64,000 bases of DNA from Candidatus Methylomirabilota bacterium. Its GTDB lineage: Bacteria > Methylomirabilota > Methylomirabilia > Rokubacteriales > CSP1-6. The notes below the pieces were generated by a model. The model was not told where the DNA came from, did no database searches, and worked only from the letters and a program-made list of their open reading frames with translations. Shown here in pieces: positions 10,765 through 19,534 of this stretch (position 1 is the stretch's first letter; every line of letters begins with the position of its first letter). The DNA lies in assembly GCA_035281625.1 (NCBI GenBank), contig DATEDO010000024.1, forward strand, positions 266 to 64,265, given 5' to 3'. The position numbers were made by a program, and so were the translations under genes.

Positions 10765-11043
10765 TTACTCGACGCCGCGGTAGAAGCCGGGGGGCACCGG
10801 CTCGTACTGCTTGGAGCGCACGTACCCGCGGGCGCGGAGGCAGTTCCGATACGCCTCCTGCACCATCACCCCGTAGGCGATCACCGCGGGCGAGGGGGCT
10901 GCCTGCTTGACGCAGTCCTCGTTGTCCAGTGCGAATTGCTCCGGCGTGGAGCCCGGCTTGGACCAGTAGAACGCGGTGCAGGCGGAGCCCGTGAGCGCGG
11001 CGAGCGTGAGGACGGCGCCGACGATCGGCGAGCGAGAGCGCAT
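10765..11043 (-). CDS. small putative lipoprotein
   Basis: ATG 11043 (MRSRSPIVGAVLTLAALTGSAC, signal peptide with a lipobox-like GSAC). 92 aa with two further Cys. Confidence 0.5.
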   Translation of the reverse strand: MRSRSPIVGAVLTLAALTGSACTAFYWSKPGSTPEQFALDNEDCVKQAAPSPAVIAYGVMVQEAYRNCLRARGYVRSKQYEPVPPGFYRGVE

Positions 11044-11236
11044 GGCGTCGTGAGGATAGCGCGGCGGCGTCGTGTGGAGCAAGCGGGCAGGACGCCACGC
11101 ACGCGGGCGCGCGTCGGGCGCTTCGCCCGCGCTTCACGCACGCGCGCGCGCGAGGGCCGCGAAATGCGCGGGCGCACCGACTGGCATCGCGCTTGCTCCT
11201 TTGCTCCGCCGACATCACGGGAAAGGAGTCTCCATC

Positions 11237-11770
11237 GTGAGGATGCGGAGCTGGAAGGCGGCGGTGTTGGGGCTGGCGCTGGCGATTCTCGTCGGCGTGG
11301 CGCTCCTCGCCACGCAGTCGCTCGACGCCGGCACGGCGACGCGCGCCGCCGCCGACGTCGCCCGAGGGCAGTACCTCACCAGCATCATGCACTGCGCGGG
11401 CTGTCATACGCCGGGCGCGCTCGTCGGCAAGCCCGACCCCGAGCGCTGGTTCGCCGGGTCCGACGTGGGTTTCGCGCTGCCCGACGGCGGCGTGGTGTAC
11501 CCCCCGAACCTGACGCCGGATCCCGAGACCGGGCTCGGGCACTGGTCCGAAGAGGAGATCGCCCGCGCCGTGCGCCAGGGGCAGAGCCGGAACGGCCGCG
11601 TGCTCGTCCCCGTCATGCCGTGGCCGTCCTACAGCGTGCTCACCGAGGTCGACGCGCGCGCCATCGCGGCCTACCTCAAGGCGGTGCCGGCGGTGCGCTT
11701 CGCGGTGCCGCGGAGCACGCGCCCGGGCGAGCGGCCGGAGGCGCCGTACGTGAGCGTCGTCACCCCGTAG
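11237..11770 (+). CDS. membrane-anchored mono-haem cytochrome c
   Basis: GTG 11237 lies 8 nt after GAAAGGAG (ATG 11243 is the alternative). N-terminal hydrophobic anchor and a single CAGCH haem-binding motif. Confidence 0.8.
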   Translation: MRMRSWKAAVLGLALAILVGVALLATQSLDAGTATRAAADVARGQYLTSIMHCAGCHTPGALVGKPDPERWFAGSDVGFALPDGGVVYPPNLTPDPETGLGHWSEEEIARAVRQGQSRNGRVLVPVMPWPSYSVLTEVDARAIAAYLKAVPAVRFAVPRSTRPGERPEAPYVSVVTP

Positions 11771-12161
11771 CGGGGAGGGGCTTGCAGCCGGGCCGGTCGT
11801 AGCGGTGGAATTCCCCACGGGCGTTGATGGCGATGCGAATCGAGGGCTCCGCCCCCACCGGCTCGAGATGATGCCAGCGGTTCTTCGGGCCGAACACGAA
11901 GTCCCCCGCGCGGCCGCGAATGGGCTTGGGCTCGTCCTCGATATACCAGTCGACCTCGCCCGCCAGGACGACCCACCACTCGTCGTGCACGTGATAGTGG
12001 GTGTCGTTCGGCTGGCCGGGCGGGTGGCAGATGATGAAGGCCTGGATGTCGTCGGTGAGGACCAGGGCCTCCGACCACGGCGGCACGCCGTTCCGTGCCC
12101 GCAGCTCGTCTACCCGGGCCCACAGGCGGCCCGTCTCCATGAGCGGCACGCGCACCGCCAT
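11760..12161 (-). CDS. cupin domain protein
   Basis: Track ORF trimmed to ATG 12161. Cupin motifs HYHVHDEWWVVLAGE and GDFVFGPKNRWHHLE. Only 2 nt downstream of the family-5 binding-protein gene. Confidence 0.75.
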   Translation of the reverse strand: MAVRVPLMETGRLWARVDELRARNGVPPWSEALVLTDDIQAFIICHPPGQPNDTHYHVHDEWWVVLAGEVDWYIEDEPKPIRGRAGDFVFGPKNRWHHLEPVGAEPSIRIAINARGEFHRYDRPGCKPLPATG

Positions 12162-12163
12162 AG

Positions 12164-13705
12164 CTAGCGCGTGACCTGCATCTCGGCCGCGATCAGCCGA
12201 TAGTCCGCCCGGGGCTTGAACGTCACCCGCTGGCTGGTGCCGTAGACGATGACTTCCTGGAAGAGCTCGAGCCACGGCTTCTCGTCGTGGATGATCTGCG
12301 TGGCTTCCGTGTAGAGCTGACGGCGCTTCGCGGGATCGAGGGAATAGCGCGCCTGCTCCATGAGGTCGTGGAAGCGATGGCCGGGCTGGCTGCCCGCCCA
12401 GTACTTGCCGTTGAGGCCAGTGGGATGGAGGAGGCGCCACAGGCTTCCGTCGGCGTCGAGCAGGGTGGACTGCGGGTTGATGAGGAGCATGCCGCCTGCC
12501 GGCACCGCGCGATCGTTCACCATCTTCTGCCGCGCGCCCATCTCCATCATGGCGATCCTGGCGCGTATCCCCACCTTGCCCCACATGTCGGCGATGACCT
12601 CGATGAGCTGCTTGTCGTTGACCATGGTTCCCATGCCGGCGTGGAGCGTGACGTCGATGCCGTTGGGGAAGCCGGCCTCGGTCAAGAGCGCCTTGGCGCG
12701 GGCCGGATCGAACGCGTAGGGCTTGAGCGCGGGGTTGAAGCCGAAGTCGGTGTCGGCCACTCCGCCTGAATATGGCTTGCCGTAGCCCGCGTAGATCCCC
12801 TTGATGATGCCGTTCATGTCGAGCGCGTGGTGCAGGGCCTGCCGCACCCGCTTGTCAGCGAGGGGCCCCTGCGTGGAGTTGATCGCGCAGGCGGCGGTGC
12901 GGGACGACGGCACGCTCACCACGCGTGTCGTCCGCCCCTCCGCGAGGGCCTTGATGCGGTCGGGCGGCACGTTGGTGACGATGTCGGCTTCGCCCTTCTC
13001 GAGGGCGACCAGCCGCGGGAAGTCCTCGGGGATGGGCTTCCAGACGAGCCGCTCCACCGACGGCTTCCGCCCCTCCCAGCCCCACCAGTCGCGATTGGCC
13101 TCCATCACGAGGCGCTCGTCCTTCACCCACTCCACGAAGCGATAGGCCCCCGTCCCCACCGGCTTGCGCGCCAGCTCCTTCACGCCATCCTCGGTGGTCA
13201 GCCGCGCGGGAATGATCTGCGAGCCCATCTGCGCCATGCGGACAGGCAGCAGGGGATCGGGCTTCTTGGTGATGATGCGCACGACACCCGGCCCGGGCAC
13301 CTGCACCGCCTCGATGGTAGCGAAGCCGGCGGTGACGCCGGTGCGGCCGGGCACGAGGTTGCGCTCGAGCGTGGCCTTCACGTCCTCGGCGGTCAGGAGC
13401 GCGCCGTCGTGGAACCTCACGCCGGCGCGCAGGATGAACTCCCACGTCGTGTCGTTGAGCGCGCGCCACGACGTGGCGAGCCCGGGCTGGAGCACGAGCG
13501 CCGCGTCCCAGCGGGTGAGGGAGTCGTAGAGGTTGTAGAAATAGTTGACGGTGAGCACTTGGGTGCTGCGCCCCGGGTCCATGGTCGTCGCCTCGGCGGG
13601 CTGGGCGATGGTGACGGTGGTCTGGGCTCGCGCGGCGGGCACGGGCCCCGACACGGCGAGGGTGAGGAAGGCGACGGCGACGACCAGGATCCGGGACGGT
13701 GTCAT
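12164..13705 (-). CDS. ABC transporter substrate-binding protein, family 5 (Dpp/Opp-like)
   Basis: Signal peptide (LTLAVSGPVPAARAQ). 513 aa with family-5 features (TMDPGRSTQ, YNLYDSLTRWD). Confidence 0.9.
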   Translation of the reverse strand: MTPSRILVVAVAFLTLAVSGPVPAARAQTTVTIAQPAEATTMDPGRSTQVLTVNYFYNLYDSLTRWDAALVLQPGLATSWRALNDTTWEFILRAGVRFHDGALLTAEDVKATLERNLVPGRTGVTAGFATIEAVQVPGPGVVRIITKKPDPLLPVRMAQMGSQIIPARLTTEDGVKELARKPVGTGAYRFVEWVKDERLVMEANRDWWGWEGRKPSVERLVWKPIPEDFPRLVALEKGEADIVTNVPPDRIKALAEGRTTRVVSVPSSRTAACAINSTQGPLADKRVRQALHHALDMNGIIKGIYAGYGKPYSGGVADTDFGFNPALKPYAFDPARAKALLTEAGFPNGIDVTLHAGMGTMVNDKQLIEVIADMWGKVGIRARIAMMEMGARQKMVNDRAVPAGGMLLINPQSTLLDADGSLWRLLHPTGLNGKYWAGSQPGHRFHDLMEQARYSLDPAKRRQLYTEATQIIHDEKPWLELFQEVIVYGTSQRVTFKPRADYRLIAAEMQVTR

Positions 13706-13709
13706 GCGG

Positions 13710-15053
13710 CTATCCCTCGTAGATCTTCTTGAGCTCGCCTTCGGCCCACTTGACGGCGTCTTCCGCCTTCGTGCCCTGCACGCCCTTGGCGAACATGTCG
13801 ACGATGATGTACTTCGTGTAGGCTTCGGTGGCCTTGGCGGAGGCCGGGCCGGGGTGGCCGAGCATGAGCGACGCCCGCGCGGCCTGCCGGAACGTCTGCA
13901 GCGGCTTGTCGATCCGGCCCCACATGGGATTGTCCTCCCACTTCTTCGTGGCGCCGACCGAGTAGCCCTCGTTGACCTCGAACCACTTGCCGTAGTTCGC
14001 GTCCTGGTGGAGCCACTTGAGGAAGTCCTTGGCGAGCTTCTGGTTCTTCGAGTACTTCATGATCGAGTGCTGGAACGGGAGGTAGAGGGCGAACTGTCCC
14101 GCCGGTCCCTTCGGAAGCAGCGGGGCGTGCTCGATGTCCTGGAAGAGCGGCTCGCCCTTGTCGTCCTTGATCTTTTCCTTCTGGCGCTTGGCCACGATGT
14201 AGATCGAGGCGCCGTTCAGCGTCGCGGACAGCTCGCCGGCGTGGAAGGCGCGGTTGTTGTTGGTGTCGTCCCATGCGAGTCCGCCCTCGTCGCAGGCGTC
14301 CTTCCAGAACGCCTGCAGGAACTTCACCGCCTCGATGGCGCCCTTGCCGTTGATGACGACCTTCTTGCCGGTCCGATCGACCTCCGCCCCACCGAAGTCC
14401 CAGAGGAACGGATAGGCGAACGTGGGCGGATCGCCGAAGCTGTGGCCGAGGGCCTGGCCCACGGGCTTGCCCTTGGCCTTGAGCTTCTTGCCGACCTCGC
14501 GGTACTCGTCCCAGGTCTTGGGGAACTCCTTCGCGCCGACCTCGCCGAGCCACGACCGCCGGTACGCCACCGCGTTGGCCCCGACGCCGTGCGGGACCGC
14601 CAGCCACTTCCCGCCGACCTTCGCGCTGGCGCTGAAGATGTCGTAGAAGCCGCCCTGGCCCTTGCCGATGGGCTCGGCGACGTCGGAGACGTCCACGACG
14701 GCGTTGCTGTAGAGATGCGGCCAGTTCCACAGCATCTGGATGATGTCGGCGCCGCTGCCCGACTGGACGGCGGCGGTGATGCGCGGCTGCAGATCGTTGG
14801 CGTTGATGAACTCGAACGTCACCTCGGCGCCCAGCGCCTTGCTGGCCTCGGGGGCCTGGCGCTTCAGCTCCACGTCGGCCTCGGGGATGAAGTCCACCCA
14901 GCGCACGATGTGCAGCTTGCTGCCCTGGGCGAAGGCCGGCGCCCGCCGGGCGGCGAGGATCCCCTCGAGGCCCGCCAGCGCGGACACGGCGGCGGCGCCG
15001 GCGAGGAAACGCCGGCGGCCGGAGTCGGGACGGTCGGAACGGGACTGGCGCAT
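13710..15053 (-). CDS. extracellular solute-binding protein (ABC, family-1-like), Tat signal, paralog 1
   Basis: Start ATG 15053 with AGGAGGAG upstream. Twin-arginine leader SGRRRFLAGAAAV. The 795-aa track ORF is a read-through artefact. About 83% identical to paralog 2 by hand alignment. Confidence 0.88.
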   Translation of the reverse strand: MRQSRSDRPDSGRRRFLAGAAAVSALAGLEGILAARRAPAFAQGSKLHIVRWVDFIPEADVELKRQAPEASKALGAEVTFEFINANDLQPRITAAVQSGSGADIIQMLWNWPHLYSNAVVDVSDVAEPIGKGQGGFYDIFSASAKVGGKWLAVPHGVGANAVAYRRSWLGEVGAKEFPKTWDEYREVGKKLKAKGKPVGQALGHSFGDPPTFAYPFLWDFGGAEVDRTGKKVVINGKGAIEAVKFLQAFWKDACDEGGLAWDDTNNNRAFHAGELSATLNGASIYIVAKRQKEKIKDDKGEPLFQDIEHAPLLPKGPAGQFALYLPFQHSIMKYSKNQKLAKDFLKWLHQDANYGKWFEVNEGYSVGATKKWEDNPMWGRIDKPLQTFRQAARASLMLGHPGPASAKATEAYTKYIIVDMFAKGVQGTKAEDAVKWAEGELKKIYEG

Positions 15054-15076
15054 GAGCTCCTCCTGTGGTGTGCGGG

Positions 15077-16432
15077 TCATGCTTCGTAGATCTTCTTGAG
15101 CTCCGTCTCGGCCCACTTCACGGCCTCCTCGGCCTTGGTGCCCTGGACGGCCTTGGCGTAGAGATCGGTGATGATGTACTTCGTGTAGGCCTCGGTGGCC
15201 TTGGCCGACGCCGGACCCGGATGGCCGAACGCGCGCGTGAGCCGCGCGGCCTGCCGGAAGACCTGGAGCGGCTTGTCCACCTTCGTCCACATCGGGTGTT
15301 CTTCCCACTTCTTCGTGGCGCCGACCGAGTAGCCCTCGTTCACCACGAACCACTTCTCGTAGTTCGCGTCCTGATGCAGCCACTTGAGAAAATCCTTGGC
15401 GAGCTTCTGGTTCTTCGAATACTTCATGATCGAGTGCTGCTGGCCGCCGTAGAGGGCGAACTGGCCGGCCGGGCCGGCGGGCATGAGGGCGGCGTGCTCG
15501 ATGTCCTGGAAGAGCGGCTCGCCCTTCTCGTCCTTGATCTTGTCTTTCTGCCGCTTGGCCACGATGTAGATGGAGGCGCCGTTGAGGGTGGCGCTGATGT
15601 CCCCGGCATGGAAGGCCCGGTTGTTGTTCGTGTCGTCCCAGGCCAGCCCGCCCTCGTCGCAGGCCTCCGTCCAGAAGGTCTGCATGAACTTGACGGAGTC
15701 GAGGGTGCCCTTCGAGTTGATGACGACCTTCTTCCCGCTCTTGTCGACCTCGGCGCCGCCGAAGTCCCAGAGGAGTGGATAGGTGAAGGTCGGCGAGTCC
15801 CCGAAGGTATGGCCGAGGGTCTGGCCGATGGGCTTGCCCTTGGCCTTGAGCTTCTTGCCGACCTCGCGGTACTCCTCCCAGGTCTTGGGGAAGCCCTTGG
15901 CCCCGACCTCGTTGAACCACGAGCGCCGGTAGGCGACGGCGTTGCCGATGACGGCGTGAGGCACCGCGAGCCACCGGCCGCCGACCCGCGCCGCCGACTC
16001 GAACACCTCGTAGAAGCCGCCTTGCGCCTTGCCGATGGGCTCGGCCACGTCGGAGACGTCCACCAGCCCGTTGGCGTAGAGCTGCGGCCAGTTCCACAGC
16101 ATCTGGATGATGTCGGCGCCGCTGCCCGACTGGATGGCGGCGGTGATGCGGGGCTGGAGGTCATTGGCGTTGATGAACTCCAGCTGCACCTCGGCGCCGA
16201 GCGCCTTGCTGGCCTCGGGGGCCTGGCGCTTCAGCTCCACGTCGGCCTCGGGGATGAAGTCCACCCAGCGCACGATGTGGAGCTTGCTGCCCTGGGCCAA
16301 GGCCGGCGCGCGTCGGGCCGCGAGGATACCCTCGAGGCCGGCGGCGGCGGGCGCCGCGGCCATGCCGGCGAGCAGGCGGCGGCGAGTCAGGGACGAGCGG
16401 GCGCGAGCCGGAACGTGACGGGATTCGCGCAT
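15077..16432 (-). CDS. extracellular solute-binding protein (ABC, family-1-like), Tat signal, paralog 2
   Basis: ATG 16432 with AAGGAGAAGG upstream. Leader LTRRRLLAGMAAAPAAAG. 451 aa. Confidence 0.9.
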   Translation of the reverse strand: MRESRHVPARARSSLTRRRLLAGMAAAPAAAGLEGILAARRAPALAQGSKLHIVRWVDFIPEADVELKRQAPEASKALGAEVQLEFINANDLQPRITAAIQSGSGADIIQMLWNWPQLYANGLVDVSDVAEPIGKAQGGFYEVFESAARVGGRWLAVPHAVIGNAVAYRRSWFNEVGAKGFPKTWEEYREVGKKLKAKGKPIGQTLGHTFGDSPTFTYPLLWDFGGAEVDKSGKKVVINSKGTLDSVKFMQTFWTEACDEGGLAWDDTNNNRAFHAGDISATLNGASIYIVAKRQKDKIKDEKGEPLFQDIEHAALMPAGPAGQFALYGGQQHSIMKYSKNQKLAKDFLKWLHQDANYEKWFVVNEGYSVGATKKWEEHPMWTKVDKPLQVFRQAARLTRAFGHPGPASAKATEAYTKYIITDLYAKAVQGTKAEEAVKWAETELKKIYEA

Positions 16433-16466
16433 GGGACCTTCTCCTTGTGCGCAGGTCCGGGCGTTG

Positions 16467-17753
16467 TCAGGCCTCGTAGATCTTCTTCAGCTCCGTTTCA
16501 GCCCACTTGACGGCGTCTTCGGGCTGCATGCCCTGAATGCTCTTGGCGAACATGTCGACGATGATGTACTTCGACAGCGCTTCCGTGGCCTTGCGGCCGG
16601 GCGGGCCGGCGTGCCCCACCTGTCGCGCGAACTGTAGCGTCTCGGGGAACACCGACGTCTTGGGATCCTTGCGCCAGAGGGCGTGCTCCTTGTACACGCG
16701 CGTGCCGGGGATCCCGAAGGTGTCCATGGTCTCGAAGTACGCGTCGAAGCGGGCCCGGTCCATGTAGTAACGAATGAAGTCCTTGGCGAGTTTCTGCTGT
16801 TTGCTGTACTTCATGACGCAGCTGTTCCAGGCGGGCAGCCAGTAGTAGCGCCCGGCGGGACCGGGTGGGTAGTGCCCGTGGGTGGTGCCCTTGTACACGT
16901 CGGGGAAGCGCTGCCGGGCCGCCACGTAGATGCTGGGGGCGTTGCCGGTCAGTGAGATCTCGCTGGAGAGGAAGGCCCGGTTGTTGTTGCTGTCGTCCCA
17001 GGCCAGCCCGCCCTCGTCGAAGCACTCCTTCCACAGCACGTTGTTGAACTTCACCGCCTCCACCGCGGGCTTGCGGTTCAGGATGACGGTGCGACCGTCC
17101 TTCTCCACCTCCATGCCGCCCCACATCCACACCAGGGGGTAGCACCAGTTGTTGGGATCGTTGATGCTGTGGCCGAACGCCTGGCCGAAGGGCTTGCCCT
17201 TGGCCTTCATGCGCTTGCCGACGGCGCGGAACTCGTCCCACGTCTGCGGGTAGCGCACGCCCTCCGCCTGGAGCCAGTCCTCCCGGTACGTCACCGCCCA
17301 CGAGATGATGAACTGCGGCACCGCCACCCAGCGCCCGCCCGCCACGCAGTTGACCCGCGCGTAGTCGTACCAGCCGCCCTGCTTGCCCCCGATCTCTTCC
17401 GCGACGTCGGTGACGTCGGCGAGAGCGCCCTCGTAGAGCAGAGGATGGTTGTTGGCGATGATGATGATGTCGGCGCCCGCGCCGCTCTGCACAGCGGCGG
17501 TGACCCGCGCTTGAATGTCGTTCTGATTGATCCGCTCGATCCGGATCTCCGCGCCCGCCTGCTTGCCGAACTCGCGGGCCTGGCTTTCGAAGAGGGTGTC
17601 GGCGGCGGGAATGAAGTGCGACCACTGCAGGAGATGCAGCGTGGTGCCCTGCGCATGGGCGGGGGCGCGCCGGGCAGCGAGGATGCCGGCGAGGCCCGCG
17701 GTTCCCAGGAACTGCCGCCGGCTCGGCCGGCTCATCGATGAGTCCGCGCGCAT
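16467..17753 (-). CDS. extracellular solute-binding protein (ABC, family-1-like), Tat signal, paralog 3 (diverged)
   Basis: ATG 17753 with AAGGAGGA upstream. Leader SRRQFLGTAGLAG. Has the same C-terminal tail AVKWAETELKKIYEA as paralog 2. Confidence 0.88.
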   Translation of the reverse strand: MRADSSMSRPSRRQFLGTAGLAGILAARRAPAHAQGTTLHLLQWSHFIPAADTLFESQAREFGKQAGAEIRIERINQNDIQARVTAAVQSGAGADIIIIANNHPLLYEGALADVTDVAEEIGGKQGGWYDYARVNCVAGGRWVAVPQFIISWAVTYREDWLQAEGVRYPQTWDEFRAVGKRMKAKGKPFGQAFGHSINDPNNWCYPLVWMWGGMEVEKDGRTVILNRKPAVEAVKFNNVLWKECFDEGGLAWDDSNNNRAFLSSEISLTGNAPSIYVAARQRFPDVYKGTTHGHYPPGPAGRYYWLPAWNSCVMKYSKQQKLAKDFIRYYMDRARFDAYFETMDTFGIPGTRVYKEHALWRKDPKTSVFPETLQFARQVGHAGPPGRKATEALSKYIIVDMFAKSIQGMQPEDAVKWAETELKKIYEA

Positions 17754-17849
17754 CCTGTCCTCCTTGACGTGAGGTCCGCTGCCGATCAGGCGTTTCGCTA
17801 CGCTACCTATCATGGGGCACCCCCCGGGGCAAGGGGCGGCGCCCGGCCC

Positions 17850-18635
17850 TCAGCGCCGCGCCGCGTCCCGGGCGAAGGCGGCCACCGCGTCGACCAGGGC
17901 GGGGTCGGCGAACGCGTCATCGTGGCGGGCGCCCGCCACGCGGTAGAAGCGCTTGGGCCCGGGAGCGGCCGCGAAGAGCCGCTCGCCCTGCTCGATGGGT
18001 ACGATCTCGTCTTGATCGCCGTGGGCCACCAGGAGCGGGACCCGGAGCCGGGCGACGCGGGTCAGGGAGTCGAAGCGCTTGCCCGCGAGGGCGCCGAGGG
18101 GCCCATAGTGGCGCCGCGCGACATCGGCCAGGCGGGTGAAGGTCGACACGACGATGACGGCGGCGCAGGGGCGGTCCACGGCGAGGGCGATCGACACCGC
18201 CCCCCCAAGCGACTCGCCGAAGCACACGATGGCGCCTGCGGGCGTGCCACGGCGCACCTCGTCGTCGTACACCGCCAGGGCGTCACGATACACGCCGGCC
18301 TCGCTGGGGGCTCCCGTGCTGCGGCCGTAGCCCCGATAGTCGTAGGCCACGATGCGGAGGCCCCGGGCGGCGAGGACCTGGAGGACGCCGGCGCGCGAGG
18401 CGATGTTGCCGGCATTGCCGTGTGACCAGATGAGCGTCGGGCCGGTGGCCGCCCCCTCCGCCAGCCAGGCATGGAGACGCACGTCGTCCGGGGTCTCGAT
18501 CCACCGCTCGCTCACGCCGGCGGGCGGCGGACTCATTGCCCGCGAGGGAAAGAAGGTCATGGAGTCGATCATCGAGCAGCCCGCCAGTGCGAGCGCCGCG
18601 GCCAAGAGCGCGGCGACGGCCCGGGCGCCCCTCAC
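17850..18635 (-). CDS. alpha/beta hydrolase, putative lipoprotein
   Basis: GTG 18635 overlaps the upstream stop (GTGA). Lipobox LALAGC. Nucleophile elbow GESLGG. HGDQDEIVP and ARHDD are compatible with a Ser-Asp-His triad. Confidence 0.8.
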   Translation of the reverse strand: MRGARAVAALLAAALALAGCSMIDSMTFFPSRAMSPPPAGVSERWIETPDDVRLHAWLAEGAATGPTLIWSHGNAGNIASRAGVLQVLAARGLRIVAYDYRGYGRSTGAPSEAGVYRDALAVYDDEVRRGTPAGAIVCFGESLGGAVSIALAVDRPCAAVIVVSTFTRLADVARRHYGPLGALAGKRFDSLTRVARLRVPLLVAHGDQDEIVPIEQGERLFAAAPGPKRFYRVAGARHDDAFADPALVDAVAAFARDAARR

Positions 18636-19534
18636 CCCCGCCGCCGCGCGAGGCCGGCGAGGCCGTTGGGGAGCAGTAGCACGACCACCATGAGGCTGAG
18701 CCCCAGTCCCACCAGGTAAAGGTAGCGGAACTTCACCAGGAGGATCTCGCCTGCCAGCCCCAGGAACACCGCGCCGAGCACGGGACCCCAGAGTGTCGCC
18801 GCGCCGCCCACCAGCGCCATGATGACGGTCTGAAACGACACCACCGGGCTCAGGACCTGGGGGTCGAGATAGGTCCAACGCGGCGCCATGGCCGCGCCCA
18901 CCGCGCCCAGGAACGCGGCGCTCAGCGCGAACACCCCGATCTTGATCCGGACCGTGTCGATCCCGAGGGTCTCCGCCCGCTCCTCGTCGGCGCCGATGCC
19001 GATGAGGGCGAGCCCCCACCGCGAGCGTCGGAGCGCCGCGGCCGTGCCGACCGCGGCGCCCGCGACGCCGAGCACGGTGTAATAGAGCGCGACGGGCCCG
19101 GGGGGCGCAAGGATGAGGCGCCCCACGGTCCCCGTCACGCTCGTCTCGTACCAGATGAGGGCATGCTTGACCAGCTCGGCGAGCCCGAAGGTGAAGACCG
19201 CGAAGTAGGGCCCGCGCAGGCGGAGGGCGAGGAGCCCCACCACGAGGGCGAGCCCCGCCGCCATGGCCGCTCCGGCCAGCACGGGCAGAGGCCAGGCCGC
19301 GCGCGCGATGGTGAGGGCGCTGGCGTAGGCGCCCAGGCCGAAGAAGGCGCCGGTGGCCAGCGACAGGTAGCGCGACGGGCCCGAGAACATCGCCCAGCCC
19401 ACCGCCAGCGTGACGTCGGCGAGGATGGCGAGGGCCAGGGCCCGGTGATAGCTCGAAAGCCCCAGGACGGGCGCAAGGAGCAGGGCGGCCGCGAGGGCGG
19501 CCAGCCCCGCGCGGCGGGCGAGCCTACCGGCCAA
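18632..19534 (-). CDS. branched-chain amino acid-type ABC permease (LivM-like)
   Basis: Polytopic membrane protein with LivM-like core (LSLATGAFFGLGAYASAL). TTG start at 19534 overlaps the upstream gene end by 11 nt; the start is uncertain. Confidence 0.85.
   Translation of the reverse strand: MAGRLARRAGLAALAAALLLAPVLGLSSYHRALALAILADVTLAVGWAMFSGPSRYLSLATGAFFGLGAYASALTIARAAWPLPVLAGAAMAAGLALVVGLLALRLRGPYFAVFTFGLAELVKHALIWYETSVTGTVGRLILAPPGPVALYYTVLGVAGAAVGTAAALRRSRWGLALIGIGADEERAETLGIDTVRIKIGVFALSAAFLGAVGAAMAPRWTYLDPQVLSPVVSFQTVIMALVGGAATLWGPVLGAVFLGLAGEILLVKFRYLYLVGLGLSLMVVVLLLPNGLAGLARRRG

Larger units (their letters stand above)
13710..17753 (-). repeat. tandem array of three paralogous solute-binding-protein genes (about 1.3-1.4 kb units)
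   Basis: Units 13710-15053 and 15077-16432 differ at 69 of 404 aligned mature residues (hand alignment). The third unit is more diverged. All end ...AVKWAE.ELKKIYE[AG]. Confidence 0.8.

Noticed and set aside
13710-16097. 795-aa minus-strand ORF spanning two binding-protein genes, which could be read as a fused double-domain protein.
   Set aside because: Its upstream half is an out-of-frame read-through of paralog 2 with nonsense-like composition. The real gene starts at ATG 15053, with AGGAGG and a twin-arginine leader.
16433-16466. GGACCT...AGGTCC inverted repeat enclosing the SD of binding-protein paralog 2, as a possible translational control hairpin.
   Set aside because: The stem is only 6 bp with a 13-nt loop, the SD lies in the loop rather than the stem, and no equivalent exists upstream of the other paralogs.
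13545-16510. Long plus-strand ORFs (13545..15089, 15065..16510) antisense to the binding-protein genes. Similar shadow ORFs occur elsewhere (6072..8246, 39619..41268, 41553..42641, 59665..61605, 63183..63983).
   Set aside because: Their products are Arg/Gly/Ala/Pro/Val-rich low-information sequences with no recognisable motifs. They lie exactly opposite genes with strong family signatures, SD sequences and signal peptides. This is the expected artefact of roughly 70% G+C.
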